The notes below the pieces were generated by a model. It was not told the origin of the DNA, ran no database searches, and saw only the letters and a program-made list of their open reading frames with translations. Of a stretch of DNA of 64,000 nt, positions 61,904 through 64,000 are shown in pieces. Numbering within the stretch: position 1 is the first letter of the stretch; every line of letters begins with the position of its first letter. Position numbers and translations under genes: made by a program. Source of the stretch: Amphiscolops sp. MND2022 (Eukaryota); assembly GCA_964187785.1 (NCBI GenBank), contig OZ076409.1, positions 29,080,001-29,144,000 on the forward strand, read 5' to 3'.

Positions 61904-64000
61904 ATGGAACGACGTGAGACTAACGCCACCATAAGCGACTTCCATGCCACCAACCCTTTCAGAAGAAGAACGGAAGCCACAACCGAACAAAACGAATGTA
62001 GATTAGATTCCGCCATAGCAGCCGTGTTTTCAGAAGTTATGTCTGACTTCGTACCGAGCCAGGAGCAAAACGCGGAGATAGCCGTTGCCACCAGCCAGCC
62101 TAACTCCTCGCGAGCCTCCCCCGACAGCACCAATCCACCGGATGATGCTGAAACCACCACGCAAAGAAACACATGGCCTCCGCTGGAAGTCACCGACTAC
62201 AGTTTGGAAAATTGGCCAAACTCCATCCAAGGGCCCACAGGTGAGCCCAGCATTGCTGATACCCCCAACGAACAAAATGACACTCCAGTGACTCCACGGG
62301 CGGACCCACGGACGGCGGTTGTCGAAAGGAACCCCCCGGGTTCCCAGGAGATGACCAATAGCATAGGCGGGAATCCCTTTCGAAGCGGATATGCGCTACC
62401 GGAAGCACCGGCGAAGATGTCGAACAGGCCAGCGGAGAACTCGAAGACAAACATAACAGAGAATCCGTTAAGATACGTTTTTCGAACGCCACCCTCGAAG
62501 AGACCAAAGATTAATTATGCGAATGCGAGCCGAACATCCCACACGCCAGACTCTCAAGCTAGCGCCGACACCAATCTTGACTCAACAATAACTAAAGCAA
62601 GAAAGGAAACGCAAACGGTTCGAGAAGACTTTCAGAGTAGCCTAGCTCAGCTAGCTCAAGTCCAGACAAGGCTAGCGCGGGAAAACAACGAACATGAGAT
62701 GCGCGCCGACATGATAATGAGAGACATGGACGAGCTGCGAAAAGGTCTTCTGGAAATGCAAGCGGAAGGGCGACAGAATCAGGGCCGACTGGAGGCGTCC
62801 ATGGCATCTCTCAACGATCTGATTAAACAGAGAGAAACTACAGCGGACGCCCGCATGGCCGAGATGTCCGCAATAATGAGAGAAAGAGACCGCCAGGCCG
62901 ACGAACGCATGAAAGCAATGACAAACACAATGCAGCGCCGCGACATGGACTCCAATGTCCGCATGGCGGACTTGATGATGGCAATGCAAGATTTAACACT
63001 GGGCGTGAAAGCAATTGTGTCGCAGACTCCCGCACAGCAAACACAAACGGCGTCACGGGTGCCCCGAAAATACCAGCAGGCCGAGATGCCATCTACAAGT
63101 GAAGCTCCCCAACCTCACTATAGAACGGTGGCACAGCACACAGTGTAGCCTCCTAGGCCCCCAAAACTAGTGCCACCCGCGACGTACAGGCGTGACCTGT
63201 CGAAAGCTAGTAAGATGGCTAAGGTAACCCACACGGAGTCACGAGACGCCGGCACAGACCCCATGACTGACCCGCCGTCGTTTGACCAGTACACTCGCGG
63301 GGCATCGACCTCGGGCGACTTTCATTCCGCTGCCGACGAAACGAACACCCGCAGGACCAGCTACTATACCGCCGATTCCAGCGCGGCATTCCGCCCACCT
63401 GCGCGAACGCAGACGTTCAGAGACTTCGTTCCGCGGCCAGTGGCCACCAGTACGCAGCGCAAGGTGACGACCAAGCGGAACCTAGAACAAGGCAAAGGCG
63501 AACATAGTGACATTGAAGAGATGCCCTCGGTGGCAGAAGAGGCCCCGGACACACCGAGAACTACCCAACGACAAGCACTAGCAGAAGCAATATCCACAGC
63601 CATGTCTAAAGGCTTGGAGCCGTTGCTCGCCGTCAAGGAGTCTAAAAACAAGCCCACGAAATACAGAGGAACCCGAGACGGAAATGCAGATGGGTGGATG
63701 ATGTTGATGAAACGCCACTTGGAAAAAGCACACCCGAAGGCGACCCCCTCGATAAAGCATGGACGATAATTGAGTATCTAGAGCATGAAGCCAGAGACTA
63801 CATCACGAATAAGTCCGAAGCCGAGAGGGACACGGATGAGAAAGTATTCGCATTGCTGGCGCGTCGCTTTGGGACAGGCTCCAGCAAAATCCACATCCAG
63901 CAGCAATTTAGAACCCGCAATCAGAATAGCGAAGAGGACTACATGCAATACCTTGATGCCCTCGAGGGCTTGCGTAGTCAGGGTTACCCCAATGAAGAGG
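61904..64000 (+). pseudogene. gag: gag of D (stop at 63146, frameshift near 63750; runs off the window)
   Basis: AISTAMSKGLEPLLA, YRGTRDGNADGW and YMQYLDALEGLRSQGYP match B gag. Confidence 0.9.

Larger units (their letters stand above)
57992..64000 (+). mobile_element. Ty3/Gypsy element D (A/B lineage), 5' part
   Basis: LTR, same PBS as B, ~3.1-kb leader, gag homologous to B. Confidence 0.92.

Noticed and set aside
1..64000. Many short antisense or overlapping ORFs; CRISPR arrays or prokaryotic operons
   Set aside because: The short ORFs are shadows of GC-richer coding regions; no repeat-spacer array was seen and the context is eukaryotic

Overview
Eukaryotic, probably invertebrate, repeat-dense DNA with one 200-N assembly gap. 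Four large Ty3/Gypsy LTR retrotransposons dominate it. A (+, 1-12487, 5' part outside the window), B (-, 14753-33620, about 18.9 kb, two apparently identical 714-bp LTRs) and D (+, 57992 to window end) are diverged members of one lineage. In A and B the Pol has a degenerate protease-like lobe before the active protease and a long post-integrase tail (AT-hooks, a Cys4 motif, two TARG1/Poa1p-like macrodomains). Both also carry a shared ~1,420-1,460 codon third ORF in the env position, which contains an SGNH/GDSL-esterase-like fold and is preceded by a splice acceptor. B and D have a tRNA-Arg-type PBS set 15-16 nt away from the LTR. Element C (-, 35873-51209, ATGAT target-site duplication) is a different Gypsy lineage. 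Its gag starts deep inside the LTR, and its 3' region carries an antisense, intron-containing gene (~1,195 codons) resembling a catalytically eroded hAT transposase with a zinc finger, plus a divergent sense ORF running into the 3' LTR. Between the elements are a probable cytochrome P450 5' exon, a decayed APE/RT LINE, Helentron/DINE-like ends and a 52-bp perfect palindrome. Domain calls were made by eye from motifs; no searches were run.
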